Positions 30,377 to 40,940 of a stretch of 64,000 nt of DNA are shown here, in pieces. The notes under the pieces are model-generated. The model had not been told where the DNA came from. It was given only the letters and a program-made list of their open reading frames with translations, and did no database searches. Position 1 is the first letter of the stretch; every line of letters begins with the position of its first letter. The DNA comes from Gammaproteobacteria bacterium (GTDB taxonomy: Bacteria > Pseudomonadota > Gammaproteobacteria > SZUA-229). A program made the translations under genes and the position numbers. The stretch spans positions 61,701 through 125,700 of the forward strand of contig JAOULC010000004.1 of the NCBI GenBank assembly GCA_029882215.1, read 5' to 3'.

Positions 30377-31639
30377 TTACTCAGTGGTTAGCGTACCGTC
30401 TTTTTTAAACATCGCTTTCAAACCCCGTACTGCCTGACGGGTACGGTGCTCATTTTCGATCAAACTGAAACGCACATGATCATCGCCATATTCACCAAAA
30501 CCAATACCCGGTGAAACAGCCACGCCGGCCTCCAGTAATAACTTTTTGGCAAACTCTAATGAGCCCATTTCGCGATACGCTTGTGGGATTTTAGCCCAGA
30601 CAAACATGGTCGCTTTTGGTTTAGTCACTTCCCAGCCGATATTGTTTAAGCCATCACACAAAACATCACGACGGTCCTGATACATCATGCGGATTTCTTC
30701 CACACAGTCCTGCGGCCCTTCTAATGCGGCGATAGCGGCAATCTGAATCGGCGTAAACATACCATAATCCAGGTATGATTTGATTCTGGCCAGTGCTGAA
30801 ACCAGTGTTTCATTTCCCACCATAAAACCCACACGCCAGCCCGGCATGCTATAGGTTTTGGACAGCGAGTAAAACTCCACCGCCACCTCTTTAGCGCCTT
30901 CAACCTCAAGAATAGACACCGGCTTGTTATCATCAAACATGATTTCAGCATAGGCAATATCCTGAACCACCCAGATTTCGTGCTCACGGGCGATAGCAAC
31001 CACTTTTTTATAAAACTCTATATCAACAATTTCACTGGTAGGATTACCCGGGAAGTTTAATACCAACATTTTTGGCTTAGGCCATGAGTTTTTGATGGCA
31101 TTTTCAAGTTCCGAGAAAAAATCAACATCTTCTCTTAACGGCACGTGTCGAATATCTGCACCTGCAATTACAAAGCCATAAGGATGGATCGGATAGGCCG
31201 GATTGGGAACCAGCACGGCATCACCGGGACCAACGGTTGCCATGGCCAGGTGTGCAAGGCCTTCTTTGGAACCAATCGTGACAATGGCTTCTTTTTCCGG
31301 GTCCAGATCAACATTAAAGCGTCGCTTGTAATAATTACAAATCGCCTGACGTAAACGGGGTATACCACGTGACACTGAATAACGGTGTGTATCACCCCGT
31401 TGTGTGGCCTCGATTAGCTTATCAACAATGTGTTGAGGTGTCGGCTGATCAGGATTTCCCATACCAAAATCAATAATATCCTCACCCCGGGCTCGCGCAG
31501 ATGCCTTTAATTCATTAACGATATTAAAAACATAAGGAGGTAGTCGTTTTATTCGGGGAAATTCGTTTATCACGTAGGAAGCTCTATTATTAAGGTGTTT
31601 AAAAATGGCAAAGTTACTGGCGAAATGACGCAGTGTCAA
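30377..31639 (-). CDS. PLP-dependent aminotransferase class I (AlaC-like)
   Basis: 420 aa; [10 protein letters not shown]...[14 protein letters not shown]-terminus as in AlaC; SxSKxxxMxGxRxG PLP-Lys region; true start may be downstream of annotated ATG. Confidence 0.8.
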   Translation of the reverse strand: MTLRHFASNFAIFKHLNNRASYVINEFPRIKRLPPYVFNIVNELKASARARGEDIIDFGMGNPDQPTPQHIVDKLIEATQRGDTHRYSVSRGIPRLRQAICNYYKRRFNVDLDPEKEAIVTIGSKEGLAHLAMATVGPGDAVLVPNPAYPIHPYGFVIAGADIRHVPLREDVDFFSELENAIKNSWPKPKMLVLNFPGNPTSEIVDIEFYKKVVAIAREHEIWVVQDIAYAEIMFDDNKPVSILEVEGAKEVAVEFYSLSKTYSMPGWRVGFMVGNETLVSALARIKSYLDYGMFTPIQIAAIAALEGPQDCVEEIRMMYQDRRDVLCDGLNNIGWEVTKPKATMFVWAKIPQAYREMGSLEFAKKLLLEAGVAVSPGIGFGEYGDDHVRFSLIENEHRTRQAVRGLKAMFKKDGTLTTE

Positions 31640-31814
31640 TCCTAGAACAAGAATATTATCTAATTCTTATCATTATCTTCATTCAGGCTGCAAATTGTAC
31701 TGTTTTGCTGACTAAAACACACTGGATTTATCAAATTTGTCACCATAAAATGGCCAATTAAAGTTAACTTTAAGGGTAGAACAAGATGAACAATCACCTG
31801 GGTATCCATCAATC

Positions 31815-32198
31815 ATGAATTTTAGCCAGGACACTGATGAATCAGGCACTCAAATTCACTCCTATACTGATGATTATTTCGTCATTAATCAGTCAAAATA
31901 CGATAATCATAGTCAGATACATCATAGTGGCTTTGTTCAGCCCTGGCTCCCTGGCAAGATCAGTCAGCTGAGCTTAGATGATTTCAAGGCATTACTATCC
32001 TTTAAACCTGATGTGATTATTTTGGGTACAGGTAATAAACTCAAGTTCCCAAATAATGAATTAAGGCGGGAGTTGAGCCGGTTGAATATCGGTCTGGAAG
32101 TCATGGACACAGGTGCAGCATGCCGTACCTACAACATACTTTTATCTGAAGGCAGAAATGTTGCAGCAGCGATACTGCTGCTAAAAACTGAAGTATAG
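31815..32198 (+). CDS. Mth938-like/DUF498 domain protein
   Basis: 127 aa; pattern DVIILGTGNKLKFP...GLEVMDTGAACRTYNIL typical of this family. Confidence 0.55.
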   Translation: MNFSQDTDESGTQIHSYTDDYFVINQSKYDNHSQIHHSGFVQPWLPGKISQLSLDDFKALLSFKPDVIILGTGNKLKFPNNELRRELSRLNIGLEVMDTGAACRTYNILLSEGRNVAAAILLLKTEV

Positions 32199-32220
32199 GG
32201 CCACGCTTTATTTCTAAACA

Positions 32221-32250
32221 AAAAAATGGGGCTTACGCCCCATTCCCCGT
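32221..32250 (-). terminator. Rho-independent terminator of rpoS
   Basis: Minus-strand AATGGGGCGTAAGCCCCATTTTTTT immediately after rpoS stop. Confidence 0.8.
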
Positions 32251-32286
32251 CACCAAGTCTGCCGATAAAATGGCAAATTTATATTG

Positions 32287-33303
32287 TTAATCCTGTAACA
32301 ATAGTTCTTCTGAAAATCCCTGACTTTCAAGGATTTTACGCATACGTTTTAAAGCATCCATCTGAATCTGGCGCACACGTTCACGTGTCACACCCAGTTC
32401 TTTACCGACGTTTTCAAGGGTTTGTCGTTCAAAACCACCAAGGCCAAAACGACGCACAATGACTTCCCGCTGTTTAACATCTAATTGATCAAGCCACATC
32501 GCTAAATTTGCAAAAACATCTTCATCCTGCAACAACAACGATGGCTCAGGATTGTTATCGTCTGCAATAACTTCTAATAACGGCCGGTCATTTTCTTTAC
32601 CAACAGGAATATCCACAGAACCAACCCGGTCACGCAGCCCCAGCATCTTTTCAACAACGGCCGCAGGCTTATCACAATGTGCCGCAATTTCATCAATGCT
32701 TGGCTCGTGATCTAAGGACTGCTGTAAATGACGCGAAGCACGCAAATAGACATTCATTTCTTTAATAACATGAATAGGCAAACGAATAGTACGGGTTTGA
32801 TTCATTAATGCCCGTTCGATTGTCTGTCGAATCCACCATGTAGCATAAGTCGAAAAGCGAAAGCCTCTTTCAGGATCAAATTTTTCAACAGCGCGTATCA
32901 AACCCAAATTGCCTTCTTCAATAAGATCTAGTAAAGCAAGACCGCGATTCATATAACGCCGGGAAATTTTAACCACCAAACGTAAGTTACACTCAATCAT
33001 TTTAGCTCTGGAAATTTTATCGCCCTTAAGTGCTTTACGCGAGTAATGGACTTCCTCTTCGGCAGTTAGTAAAGGTGATCGTTCGATTTCCTTGAGGTAT
33101 ATTCTGGTTGCATCGAGTTCAGCTCGAGACTCTGTGACTTTAACAGCATCTTTTTTGATATCTTCAACTTTTTCATCATCATCGTCTTGAACCATGATCA
33201 TGTCGAGAGGAAGAGTGACATCATCCAATGCTGGTGTCACAAGAACAGTATCGTCCTGTTCAATATCTAACTTTTTAGCAGCAACTGTCATATTCATATC
33301 CAT
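32287..33303 (-). CDS. rpoS: RNA polymerase sigma factor RpoS (sigma-38)
   Basis: 338 aa; near-identical regions 2-4 to E. coli RpoS ([42 protein letters not shown]); downstream of nlpD. Confidence 0.95.
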   Translation of the reverse strand: MDMNMTVAAKKLDIEQDDTVLVTPALDDVTLPLDMIMVQDDDDEKVEDIKKDAVKVTESRAELDATRIYLKEIERSPLLTAEEEVHYSRKALKGDKISRAKMIECNLRLVVKISRRYMNRGLALLDLIEEGNLGLIRAVEKFDPERGFRFSTYATWWIRQTIERALMNQTRTIRLPIHVIKEMNVYLRASRHLQQSLDHEPSIDEIAAHCDKPAAVVEKMLGLRDRVGSVDIPVGKENDRPLLEVIADDNNPEPSLLLQDEDVFANLAMWLDQLDVKQREVIVRRFGLGGFERQTLENVGKELGVTRERVRQIQMDALKRMRKILESQGFSEELLLQD

Positions 33304-33454
33304 TTCCCTTACTATTTACCGGCTTTATACAAGCTCAGACTTGTTGATTTACTGTCTTTAAAAATCGAAAACAGTTATTCAATCTGAAAATAAATACTCC
33401 ACTGATAAGCGATATGAGAAGACTCAAATATACTTATGCAAGCAGGTAATTAAC

Positions 33455-34348
33455 TTAGGGTAAATATAACAAGGGATTAACGGGTTTACCGTCTTTTCGG
33501 ATCTCGAAGTGTAAAAGGTTTGTTACATTTGCGTTTTTCCCGATAATTGCTATCGTTTGGTCCTTATTTACGCGCGTTCCTTCTTTTACAAGCAGCTTTT
33601 TATTATAAGCATAGGCGCTTAAGAAAAGTTCATTATGCTTGATGATGATCAGTTTTCCATAACTGATGAGTCCGGATCCACTGTAGACAACCACGCCACT
33701 ATTTGCGGCACGAACTTGCTCACCCGGTCTTCCTTTAATATCAATTCCCTTACGGTCATGATTATTGCTGGCAAAGGTACTGACAACCTTTCCTTTGACA
33801 GGCCAGGACCATTTTGCAGTATCACTCGATGATTTATTTTTTTTATAGCTCTCTTTGTTAGCAGTTTGTGAAATAACAGAAGTATTAGATTTTTTTTGGT
33901 TATATATCGGTACAGATTTAACAGTTCTAGTGGTCTGTTTGCTCGCCGGTACTGGCTGTGATTTATCAAGCGGTGGTGGCGGAATTGTTAATGCCTGAGA
34001 ATAATCCAGACTGTGGACTGGTTGTTCTTCTTGTGTTTGCTCTGGTTCAGATAAAAGAGCTTGGCTATTACCACCAAATAAATATTCTTTGTCCTCTGGT
34101 TCAATAACAGGCTGCCTCATCATCAGCCGCTGGCCGGGTGAAATCAGATAAGGGTCAGTAATCTTATTCCATTTAGCAATATCCCTGAAATCCAGCTCAT
34201 ATCGCCAGGCGATTGAATATAAAGTATCACCGTTTTGTACCGTATATTTCGAAGCATCCCAGGATGAACCACTATCCGGAAACCTCACCGGGTTACAAGC
34301 GGTCAGAAAAAAACTTAAGAGCAGATATATGAGAAAGTGTTCTTTCAT
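33455..34348 (-). CDS. nlpD: Lipoprotein NlpD (LysM + M23 peptidase domain)
   Basis: 297 aa; lipobox LTAC, LysM (YTVQNGDTLYSIAWRY), C-terminal M23 fold; conserved pcm-nlpD-rpoS context. Confidence 0.9.
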   Translation of the reverse strand: MKEHFLIYLLLSFFLTACNPVRFPDSGSSWDASKYTVQNGDTLYSIAWRYELDFRDIAKWNKITDPYLISPGQRLMMRQPVIEPEDKEYLFGGNSQALLSEPEQTQEEQPVHSLDYSQALTIPPPPLDKSQPVPASKQTTRTVKSVPIYNQKKSNTSVISQTANKESYKKNKSSSDTAKWSWPVKGKVVSTFASNNHDRKGIDIKGRPGEQVRAANSGVVVYSGSGLISYGKLIIIKHNELFLSAYAYNKKLLVKEGTRVNKDQTIAIIGKNANVTNLLHFEIRKDGKPVNPLLYLP

Positions 34349-34351
34349 TAG

Positions 34352-34927
34352 TTACTTTTTAATAAAAAAATAAATGATAAGCACAACAACGATCATTAAC
34401 CAGCCAATCCATTCAATATACTTCTTAATGGTCGGCTCCATCTTTGGCCCTGCCCAGGCCATTAATAAAGCAACCATAAAGAAGTGCGCACTGCGCCCAA
34501 GTAATGCGGCCAGAATAAATGGCAGCAGCGCCATGTTTAACGCACCGGCTGAGAGTGTAAATAGTTTAAAGGGTATAGGTGAAAAACCGGCGATGATAAC
34601 AGCCCAAAAACCCCATTCAGTAAACCAGGCAACAGCGGTATGATACTTATCAATATAGCCCACAGTCACCAGCAAGGGCTCAACCATGTCCATAGCAAAT
34701 GCGCCTATAAAATACCCCAGCACACCACCCCCTACAGATGTCAGGGTAGCAATAATAGCCAGTCGAACCGCCCGATCAGGTTTAGCCATTGCCATGGGTG
34801 CCAGCATCATTGCGGTTGGCACAGGGAAAAAGATCGACTCAATAAAGCTGACAAATGCCAGGTATCGCTCTGCATGCCTGTGGGCTGCCCACTGCATCGT
34901 TGTATTGTAGAGGCCTTGAAAAATCAT
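34352..34927 (-). CDS. YqaA-like (DedA-superfamily) inner membrane protein
   Basis: 191 aa polytopic membrane protein with ESIFFPVP motif region resembling YqaA. Confidence 0.6.
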   Translation of the reverse strand: MIFQGLYNTTMQWAAHRHAERYLAFVSFIESIFFPVPTAMMLAPMAMAKPDRAVRLAIIATLTSVGGGVLGYFIGAFAMDMVEPLLVTVGYIDKYHTAVAWFTEWGFWAVIIAGFSPIPFKLFTLSAGALNMALLPFILAALLGRSAHFFMVALLMAWAGPKMEPTIKKYIEWIGWLMIVVVLIIYFFIKK

Positions 34928-35605
34928 TTATCGCTTAGCTCCGTCTAACATCGGTACAAAGAAAACATCTTCATGTTTATTACGAATAAACTCATCACCT
35001 TGTCTTTTAATAATAAGTAAACTTTGGTTACTTTCCTGCGAACCCACCGGTATCACCAGAACACCACCGTCAGCTAACTGCGCCAGCAACGCGGCAGGCA
35101 CCTCAGCAGGTGCGGCAGTGACGATGATCGCGGGGTACTGTGCATATTCTTCCCAGCCCCAGCTACCGTCGGTATGTTTTAGACTAATATTATTATAATC
35201 TAACTGACTAAAGCGAACTCTGGCCTGATCGGTCAATGCCGCTACCCGCTCAACTGAATAAACCTGTTTGACTAAATGCGATAAAACAGCGGCCTGATAA
35301 CCTGAGCCTGTACCGACCTCAAGTACTTTATCCGGAATCCCTGCAGACAGTAATAGCTCGGTCATTCTGGCAACAATATAAGGCTGGGAAATCGTAACAC
35401 CATGACCGATAGGTAAAGATGAATCCTCATAGGCCCGGTGTGATAGCGCCTCATCTAAAAACAGGTGGCGTGGTGTCGTACGCATCACTTCCAGCACCGT
35501 TTCGTTGCTGATTCCCTTTTCTTTTAGCCGTTCGATTAAACGGTTACGGGTGCGCTGCGAGGTCATACCTATGCCTTCGACGGCCGCCTTCGAGGTTTTT
35601 AACAT
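34928..35605 (-). CDS. pcm: Protein-L-isoaspartate O-methyltransferase
   Basis: SAM-MTase motifs ([13 protein letters not shown]), [19 protein letters not shown] as in E. coli Pcm; start may be internal Met (MTSQRT). Confidence 0.9.
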   Translation of the reverse strand: MLKTSKAAVEGIGMTSQRTRNRLIERLKEKGISNETVLEVMRTTPRHLFLDEALSHRAYEDSSLPIGHGVTISQPYIVARMTELLLSAGIPDKVLEVGTGSGYQAAVLSHLVKQVYSVERVAALTDQARVRFSQLDYNNISLKHTDGSWGWEEYAQYPAIIVTAAPAEVPAALLAQLADGGVLVIPVGSQESNQSLLIIKRQGDEFIRNKHEDVFFVPMLDGAKR

Positions 35606-36348
35606 AGCTCAAGCCAGCTGGCTAAATCTTGCATACTGTCATAACGAGTCAAGTCAATTTGTAACGGTGTCACCGAAATATAACCTGAACGAACCGCATT
35701 AAAATCGGTGCCTTCGCCCGCATCCTGTTCAGGCCCCGGCGGCCCCACCCAATAAATATCAATACCACGGGGATCTTTATCAACAATGACATCTTCTGCT
35801 TTATGTCGGTTACCTAAGCGTGTGGCCTTAAAGCCTTTTATTTCATCCCAGGGTAAATCAGGAACATTCACATTAAGAATAGTATCGTGGTTCAAAGGGT
35901 TCTTTTGTAATGATTCGACCAGTTTAACCACCGCGATACCGGCAGACTCAAAATATTGCGGATTAAAAGCTCCCATTGAAACAGCAATCGCCGGTAATCC
36001 CAGAAAGCGCCCTTCGGTGGCAGCAGCCACCGTGCCGGAATAAAGCACATCATCACCCATATTTGGGCCGTCATTAATTCCCGAGATAACCATATCCGGT
36101 TGTTTATCTCTTAGCAGGCCGGTAATCGCCAGATGCACACAGTCGCTGGGGGTGCCATCAACAGATTTAAAGCCATTCGGGTTATTGGTAACACGCAAAG
36201 GCCGAGTTAATGTCAGAGAATGACTGGAGGCGCTACGGTTTCGATCGGGTGCGACAACCACTACATCTGCCACTTTTTCAAGTGCATGCGCCAGAGCATG
36301 GATTCCCGGCGCTAAATAACCATCATCGTTACTGATTAAAATTTGCAC
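35599..36348 (-). CDS. surE: 5'/3'-nucleotidase SurE (start assigned to GTG; ORF-track ATG at 36453 would overlap divergent smrB)
   Basis: Conserved SurE N-terminus [11 protein letters not shown] begins at GTG 36348 giving ~250 aa typical length; longer ORF adds 35 non-conserved residues. Confidence 0.75.
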   Translation of the reverse strand: MQILISNDDGYLAPGIHALAHALEKVADVVVVAPDRNRSASSHSLTLTRPLRVTNNPNGFKSVDGTPSDCVHLAITGLLRDKQPDMVISGINDGPNMGDDVLYSGTVAAATEGRFLGLPAIAVSMGAFNPQYFESAGIAVVKLVESLQKNPLNHDTILNVNVPDLPWDEIKGFKATRLGNRHKAEDVIVDKDPRGIDIYWVGPPGPEQDAGEGTDFNAVRSGYISVTPLQIDLTRYDSMQDLASWLELC

Positions 36349-36433
36349 AATATTATTATTCGACCTGCTAAAAACTCTATAGTAATGTATTGAGGTCTTA
36401 ACATCACCCATATTTTTATTATTAGCGGCCCAA

Positions 36434-36970
36434 ATGACAACAAAAAAAACCAAAGATAATAATGACTTGCAGCTCTTTCATGAGGAAATGCAGGATGTAA
36501 GACCACTGATCAATGATCGCGTCACACACGCGCCCAAAAAAAAGCCTTTAAATAAGCGGCCATCTGCCGAATCTGCCCAGGCCGTTAGCGAAAATATATT
36601 CTCAACCAGCAACGTCACCGACTGTGACGTCATCCTAAGATTTGAACGCCCGGGCTTACAAAAGCCGTTATTAAAAACATTCCGGCAGGGCAAAATGCCC
36701 ATAGAAGCCTCGCTTGATTTACATGGCTACACCAGTGAGCAGGCACGCACGGCAATGATAGAATTTATGCGCTTAGTCCAGAGAGAACAATTAAGAGTTG
36801 TCTGCATTGTGCATGGAAAAGGTTTTGGCTCGAACAGTAAGCAGCCGGTTATTAAGCCTCTGATCAACAAGTGGCTACAAGAATTGAATGAAGTGCTCGC
36901 GTTTAGTTCAGCCCAGCCCAAAGATGGCGGCACAGGTGCCGTTTATGTCTTACTCAGAAAAGACAAGTAA
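36434..36970 (+). CDS. smrB: Smr-domain ribosome rescue endonuclease SmrB-like
   Basis: 178 aa; C-terminal Smr domain ([11 protein letters not shown]...VVCIVHGKG). Confidence 0.75.
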   Translation: MTTKKTKDNNDLQLFHEEMQDVRPLINDRVTHAPKKKPLNKRPSAESAQAVSENIFSTSNVTDCDVILRFERPGLQKPLLKTFRQGKMPIEASLDLHGYTSEQARTAMIEFMRLVQREQLRVVCIVHGKGFGSNSKQPVIKPLINKWLQELNEVLAFSSAQPKDGGTGAVYVLLRKDK

Positions 36971-37110
36971 CTTTCAGCAGGCAGTGACCGCCATGCAGAC
37001 ACATTTAATCTGTCGCTAACTCAGCGCGTTTTCCACATGACAAACATGATAATATGACCTTTAACTATTGATAGACTGTCAGCATTATTATTTCATCACG
37101 AGTAGCCATT

Positions 37111-37578
37111 ATGATTAGCCCAGGTCAAACAGCACCCTCCTTCAGCATCGCCGATCAAGACGGCCAGCTTGTGTCATTATCTGATTTCCGCAATAAAAAA
37201 AATGTCGTACTTTATTTTTACCCTAAAGATGATACCTCCGGCTGCACCCTGGAAGCCAGCCAGTTCACCGCATTAAAAGAGCAGTTCGATAAAGCAGACA
37301 CGGTGATTCTTGGTGTTAGTAAAGACGATCAAAGCAGCCACTGCAATTTTATAAAAAAGTTTGATCTTAACGTGTCGCTGTTAGCCGATACCGAAGGCAC
37401 GCTTTGTGAAAGCTATGATGTATGGCAGGAAAAAGGCACAGCAGAGGCACCAAAAATGGGCATCGTCCGCTCAACATTCATTATTGATAAATCAGGCATC
37501 ATCCGGTCAGCCCTTTATAAGGTCAGTGCAGATGGCCATGCTCAGGAAATTCTTGATTTTATAAATAAGACTCTATAG
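37111..37578 (+). CDS. bcp: Thiol peroxidase Bcp (peroxiredoxin Q)
   Basis: 155 aa; peroxidatic Cys in YFYPKDDTSGCTLEA. Confidence 0.9.
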   Translation: MISPGQTAPSFSIADQDGQLVSLSDFRNKKNVVLYFYPKDDTSGCTLEASQFTALKEQFDKADTVILGVSKDDQSSHCNFIKKFDLNVSLLADTEGTLCESYDVWQEKGTAEAPKMGIVRSTFIIDKSGIIRSALYKVSADGHAQEILDFINKTL

Positions 37579-37620
37579 AACGATTTCGTCATGCTATGTT
37601 AATTAAAACAGGTTAATAAC

Positions 37621-38748
37621 ATGGAATTATCCACTTGTGACAGCCTGACAAAAATCCCCGCTGACTCATGGAATGAATTAGCGGGAGATACTAATCCATT
37701 TATACAGCACGATTTTCTGCTAGCCTTAGAACAACACAGCTGCCTGCACCCGTACGGCTGGCACCCGATGTTTCTTTTAATAAAAGAAGGTGAGAAACTG
37801 CTCGGCGCTGCCCCGGCTTATATTAAAACCAACTCCTATGGTGAATTTGTTTTCGACTGGTCATGGGCAGATGCATACCAGCAGGCCGGCAAACCGTATT
37901 ATCCGAAAATGGTGATTGCTATACCTTTCACTCCGGCAAACACTGCTAAATTTTTAGTACACCCGGATGCCGACACTCAGCTAATCATCGGTAAACTCAC
38001 AGAGTTTAGCCTGTACGTAGCAAAGGAATATAAACTATCCAGTATTCATAATCTGTTTATTTCAGAAGACATTACTAAGCAGCAAACACAGTCTGGTTTT
38101 TTCCAGCGAATTGATTGTCAGTTTCACTGGAAAAATAATCACTACACTGACTTCGATCATTTCCTCTCAGCATTAAAGCCTAAAAAGCGTAAGAACATCA
38201 GACAGGAAAGAAGAAAAGTAATGAATTCTTCTATCAAAATACAGCGCATAAATGGCACTGATCTTACTGACGATCAGTGGCTAAAACTCTATGATTTTTA
38301 CCGTATTACGTTTATGAAAAAATCAGGCTCCCCTACCCTGACACTCGAATTCTTCAAGGCCATCAAACATAAAATACTGGCCATCATTGCGGCCACTAGT
38401 GATGAAATGGTGGCCGGTGCCATTTGTATTATCGGCAAAGAAACATTGTATGGCCGGCACTGGGGCTGTTTTGAAGATTATGATGGCCTGCATTTTGAAG
38501 CCTGCTACTATCAGGGTATTGAATACTGTATCGAACACAAACTATCGGGCTTTGAACCCGGTGCTCAGGGTGAGCATAAAATATCACGTGGTTTTTTACC
38601 GACCATCACATGGTCAAGCCACTGGGTTGCCGATGAACAATTCCGCCAAATCATAACTACTCATTGTGCACGTGAAAGACAATACATGCAGCAACACTAT
38701 CAGGAATTATTAGAAAAAACACCGTACAGTATTGTTAATCAAGCCTAA
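37621..38748 (+). CDS. GNAT-family N-acetyltransferase (FemAB-like/DUF482 type)
   Basis: 375 aa with N-terminal WNEL...NPFIQHDFL.ALE.S pattern typical of this family. Confidence 0.5.
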   Translation: MELSTCDSLTKIPADSWNELAGDTNPFIQHDFLLALEQHSCLHPYGWHPMFLLIKEGEKLLGAAPAYIKTNSYGEFVFDWSWADAYQQAGKPYYPKMVIAIPFTPANTAKFLVHPDADTQLIIGKLTEFSLYVAKEYKLSSIHNLFISEDITKQQTQSGFFQRIDCQFHWKNNHYTDFDHFLSALKPKKRKNIRQERRKVMNSSIKIQRINGTDLTDDQWLKLYDFYRITFMKKSGSPTLTLEFFKAIKHKILAIIAATSDEMVAGAICIIGKETLYGRHWGCFEDYDGLHFEACYYQGIEYCIEHKLSGFEPGAQGEHKISRGFLPTITWSSHWVADEQFRQIITTHCARERQYMQQHYQELLEKTPYSIVNQA

Positions 38749-38847
38749 AACGTTAACATAGGTTCTGTACCAAAAATAAAGGAAGACATTTTTTTTCATT
38801 AACAGCTAAGATAACGCTCAGCATATTTTGCTAAAGGATTTAACACT

Positions 38848-39350
38848 ATGGCTACTAAACTTCCCAGCTGGTTCAGATACAGTTTATCCGTTTTATTACT
38901 ACTGGCTGCCAGCAATTACTGTTTAGCATATAAAGATGTCATACCCCGTTACGCACTGATCATCGGTAATGCCGACTATCAATTCTCGCCATTAAAAAAC
39001 CCGCTCAATGATGCCAACGATATCGCAGGCACTTTAAAATTACTGAGGTATCAGGTGACTCTGGGCTTTGATCAGAAACCGGAGCAATTAAGAAACACAG
39101 TAGATAGCTTTTACAGTAGAATCAAAGAGAATAAAGCGGTCAGTTTGTTTATTATGCCGGTCATGCCATTCAGGCTGATAACGTGAACTATTTAATACCG
39201 GTTAACGCTGGCATCAGTAGTTTTGATCTGTTAAGAACACGTGCATTTTCTACCAATCAATTACTGCAGTCACTCAAAAAATCAGCCAGCAAACAAAACA
39301 TCATTATTCTCGACGTCTGCAGAAACGGCACCTATACGTCATATTTCTAA
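38848..39350 (+). pseudogene. Secreted caspase-like (peptidase C14) gene disrupted by -1 frameshift at a T-run (~39148..39151) and C-terminally decayed
   Basis: Signal peptide + YALIIGNADY... in frame 1 to 39186; frame 2 continues VYYAGHAIQ...ILDVCRN (catalytic His/Cys dyad) to stop at 39350; further frame-switching caspase-like debris to ~39430. Confidence 0.65.
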
Positions 39351-39977
39351 ATCAGAAACAGCAGAAGCCTTATTTAAGAAAATACGCAGAGATGTACTGG
39401 CCGCCACAAATAACCGGCAAACACCGTGAGAACATTCCTCACTGATCGAAACCTTTTACGTTACCCCCCGGCAAATGAAGAAACCCCGGATGTCATCAGC
39501 TTTTAGAAGATACTGATAACACCGAGCAGCAACATCGTTGAACGTTCACTGATATTTTTAAACTCAATTTGTCCGTAACCATATTGTTTAACGACTGAAC
39601 GTAAAGTGATTGAGTGCACACTGTATTAGTAATTAATAATATTATGTTTTATAAATAAATTAGAGTAAATAAAATTGTGCCTTTTTTAAAGCACTGCTAA
39701 GGCCAGCGCTATCTCTATGTAATTACTTGAAAAACATGTGCAATATCAATGAGAGAAAATATATTTTTTTTATAAAAGTATTCTATACTCTTGATAACCT
39801 AGGAAATCTATCAAGAATTATGCTGATTTTTTCTAGGACAGAGAATAATTACAGAAAAAAGAAACGGCGTGATCTTAATTTTTCAGATATTTACAACAGT
39901 CCTAATCTTTATTCAAAAATTATCGATGATTTATATAGTGTATTTGATCACATTAGATTTAAGTACAAGGAGCAGAT

Positions 39978-40940
39978 ATGAGCAGCAAGCATTGTGATTC
40001 TTCGGTGAGACTCAACCTAAGCATGACTTTTTCGATTTTATTTTTTCTTATGGTTCTTGTGTCTATAACGGCATGTGATCAATCCTCGCAGTCGCAGTCC
40101 TCACAAACTCCTCAGTATGGTGACAGTTCGACTCTGGATAGCAAACCTGTCTATCGTTTCGCCATTCACCCACTGCATAATCCTCGTAAGTTAACAGAGG
40201 TCTATCAACCGCTCATTAACCAGCTTAACGCGAAAATTCCCAGCGTGCACTTCCAGGTTGAAGCATCTCGTGATTACCAGGCTTATGAAATGAAATTTCG
40301 CGCCCGTGAAGCGGAATTTTTATTACCTAACCCGTGGCAAACGCTTGAGGCCATAAAAGTAGGCTATTCCGTCATTGCCATGGCCGGTAACGCCGAAGAT
40401 TTTAAAGGCATTTTCGTTGTACGCAATGATAGTGGTATCAAAGTACCGACTGACCTAAAAGGTAAAAAGGTGAGTTGTCCTTCTCCCACCGCACTGGCAG
40501 CCTGTATTATGCCACATCAATATTTACACAATCATGGCGTGAACGTGCAAGCCGATATCGAAAAGTTGTATGTTGGTTCTCAGGAGTCATCCATAATGAA
40601 TACTGCTTTGGGCAGTGTTGCCGCTGGTGCAACCTGGCCACCTCCATGGCGTGCCTTTCAAAAAGACCACCCGGAAGATGCCGCCAAGCTTAAGGTGATA
40701 TGGGAAACACCGCATCTGCTCAATAACTCGGTAATGGTGCGTAAAGATGTACCTGCAAATATACGCGATCAGGTTAAACAGATACTCCACGATTTACATA
40801 AAACCCCTGCAGGTCAGGAGCTTCTAAACGGAATGGAAACAGCACGTTTTCATCCGGCGGATGACGGAACCTATGACAAGGTTCGTCAGTTCGTTGCACG
40901 TTTTGAAAAAGAAGTTCGACCAGTAGAGGTTAAAAAATAA
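39978..40940 (+). CDS. PhnD-like periplasmic lipoprotein (substrate-binding, predicted ligand-sensing partner of downstream kinase)
   Basis: 320 aa; lipobox ITAC; strong PhnD-family pattern (YRFAIHP, SCPSPTALAACIMP, LKVIWETP); stop overlaps kinase start (ATAATGG). Confidence 0.8.
   Translation: MSSKHCDSSVRLNLSMTFSILFFLMVLVSITACDQSSQSQSSQTPQYGDSSTLDSKPVYRFAIHPLHNPRKLTEVYQPLINQLNAKIPSVHFQVEASRDYQAYEMKFRAREAEFLLPNPWQTLEAIKVGYSVIAMAGNAEDFKGIFVVRNDSGIKVPTDLKGKKVSCPSPTALAACIMPHQYLHNHGVNVQADIEKLYVGSQESSIMNTALGSVAAGATWPPPWRAFQKDHPEDAAKLKVIWETPHLLNNSVMVRKDVPANIRDQVKQILHDLHKTPAGQELLNGMETARFHPADDGTYDKVRQFVARFEKEVRPVEVKK

Noticed and set aside
39727-39981. 84-aa ORF in the AT-rich spacer before the PhnD-like lipoprotein gene
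   Set aside because: Extremely AT-rich, Lys/Asn/Ile-rich low-complexity product, no RBS; overlaps the strong start context of the lipoprotein gene; likely chance ORF in decayed DNA.
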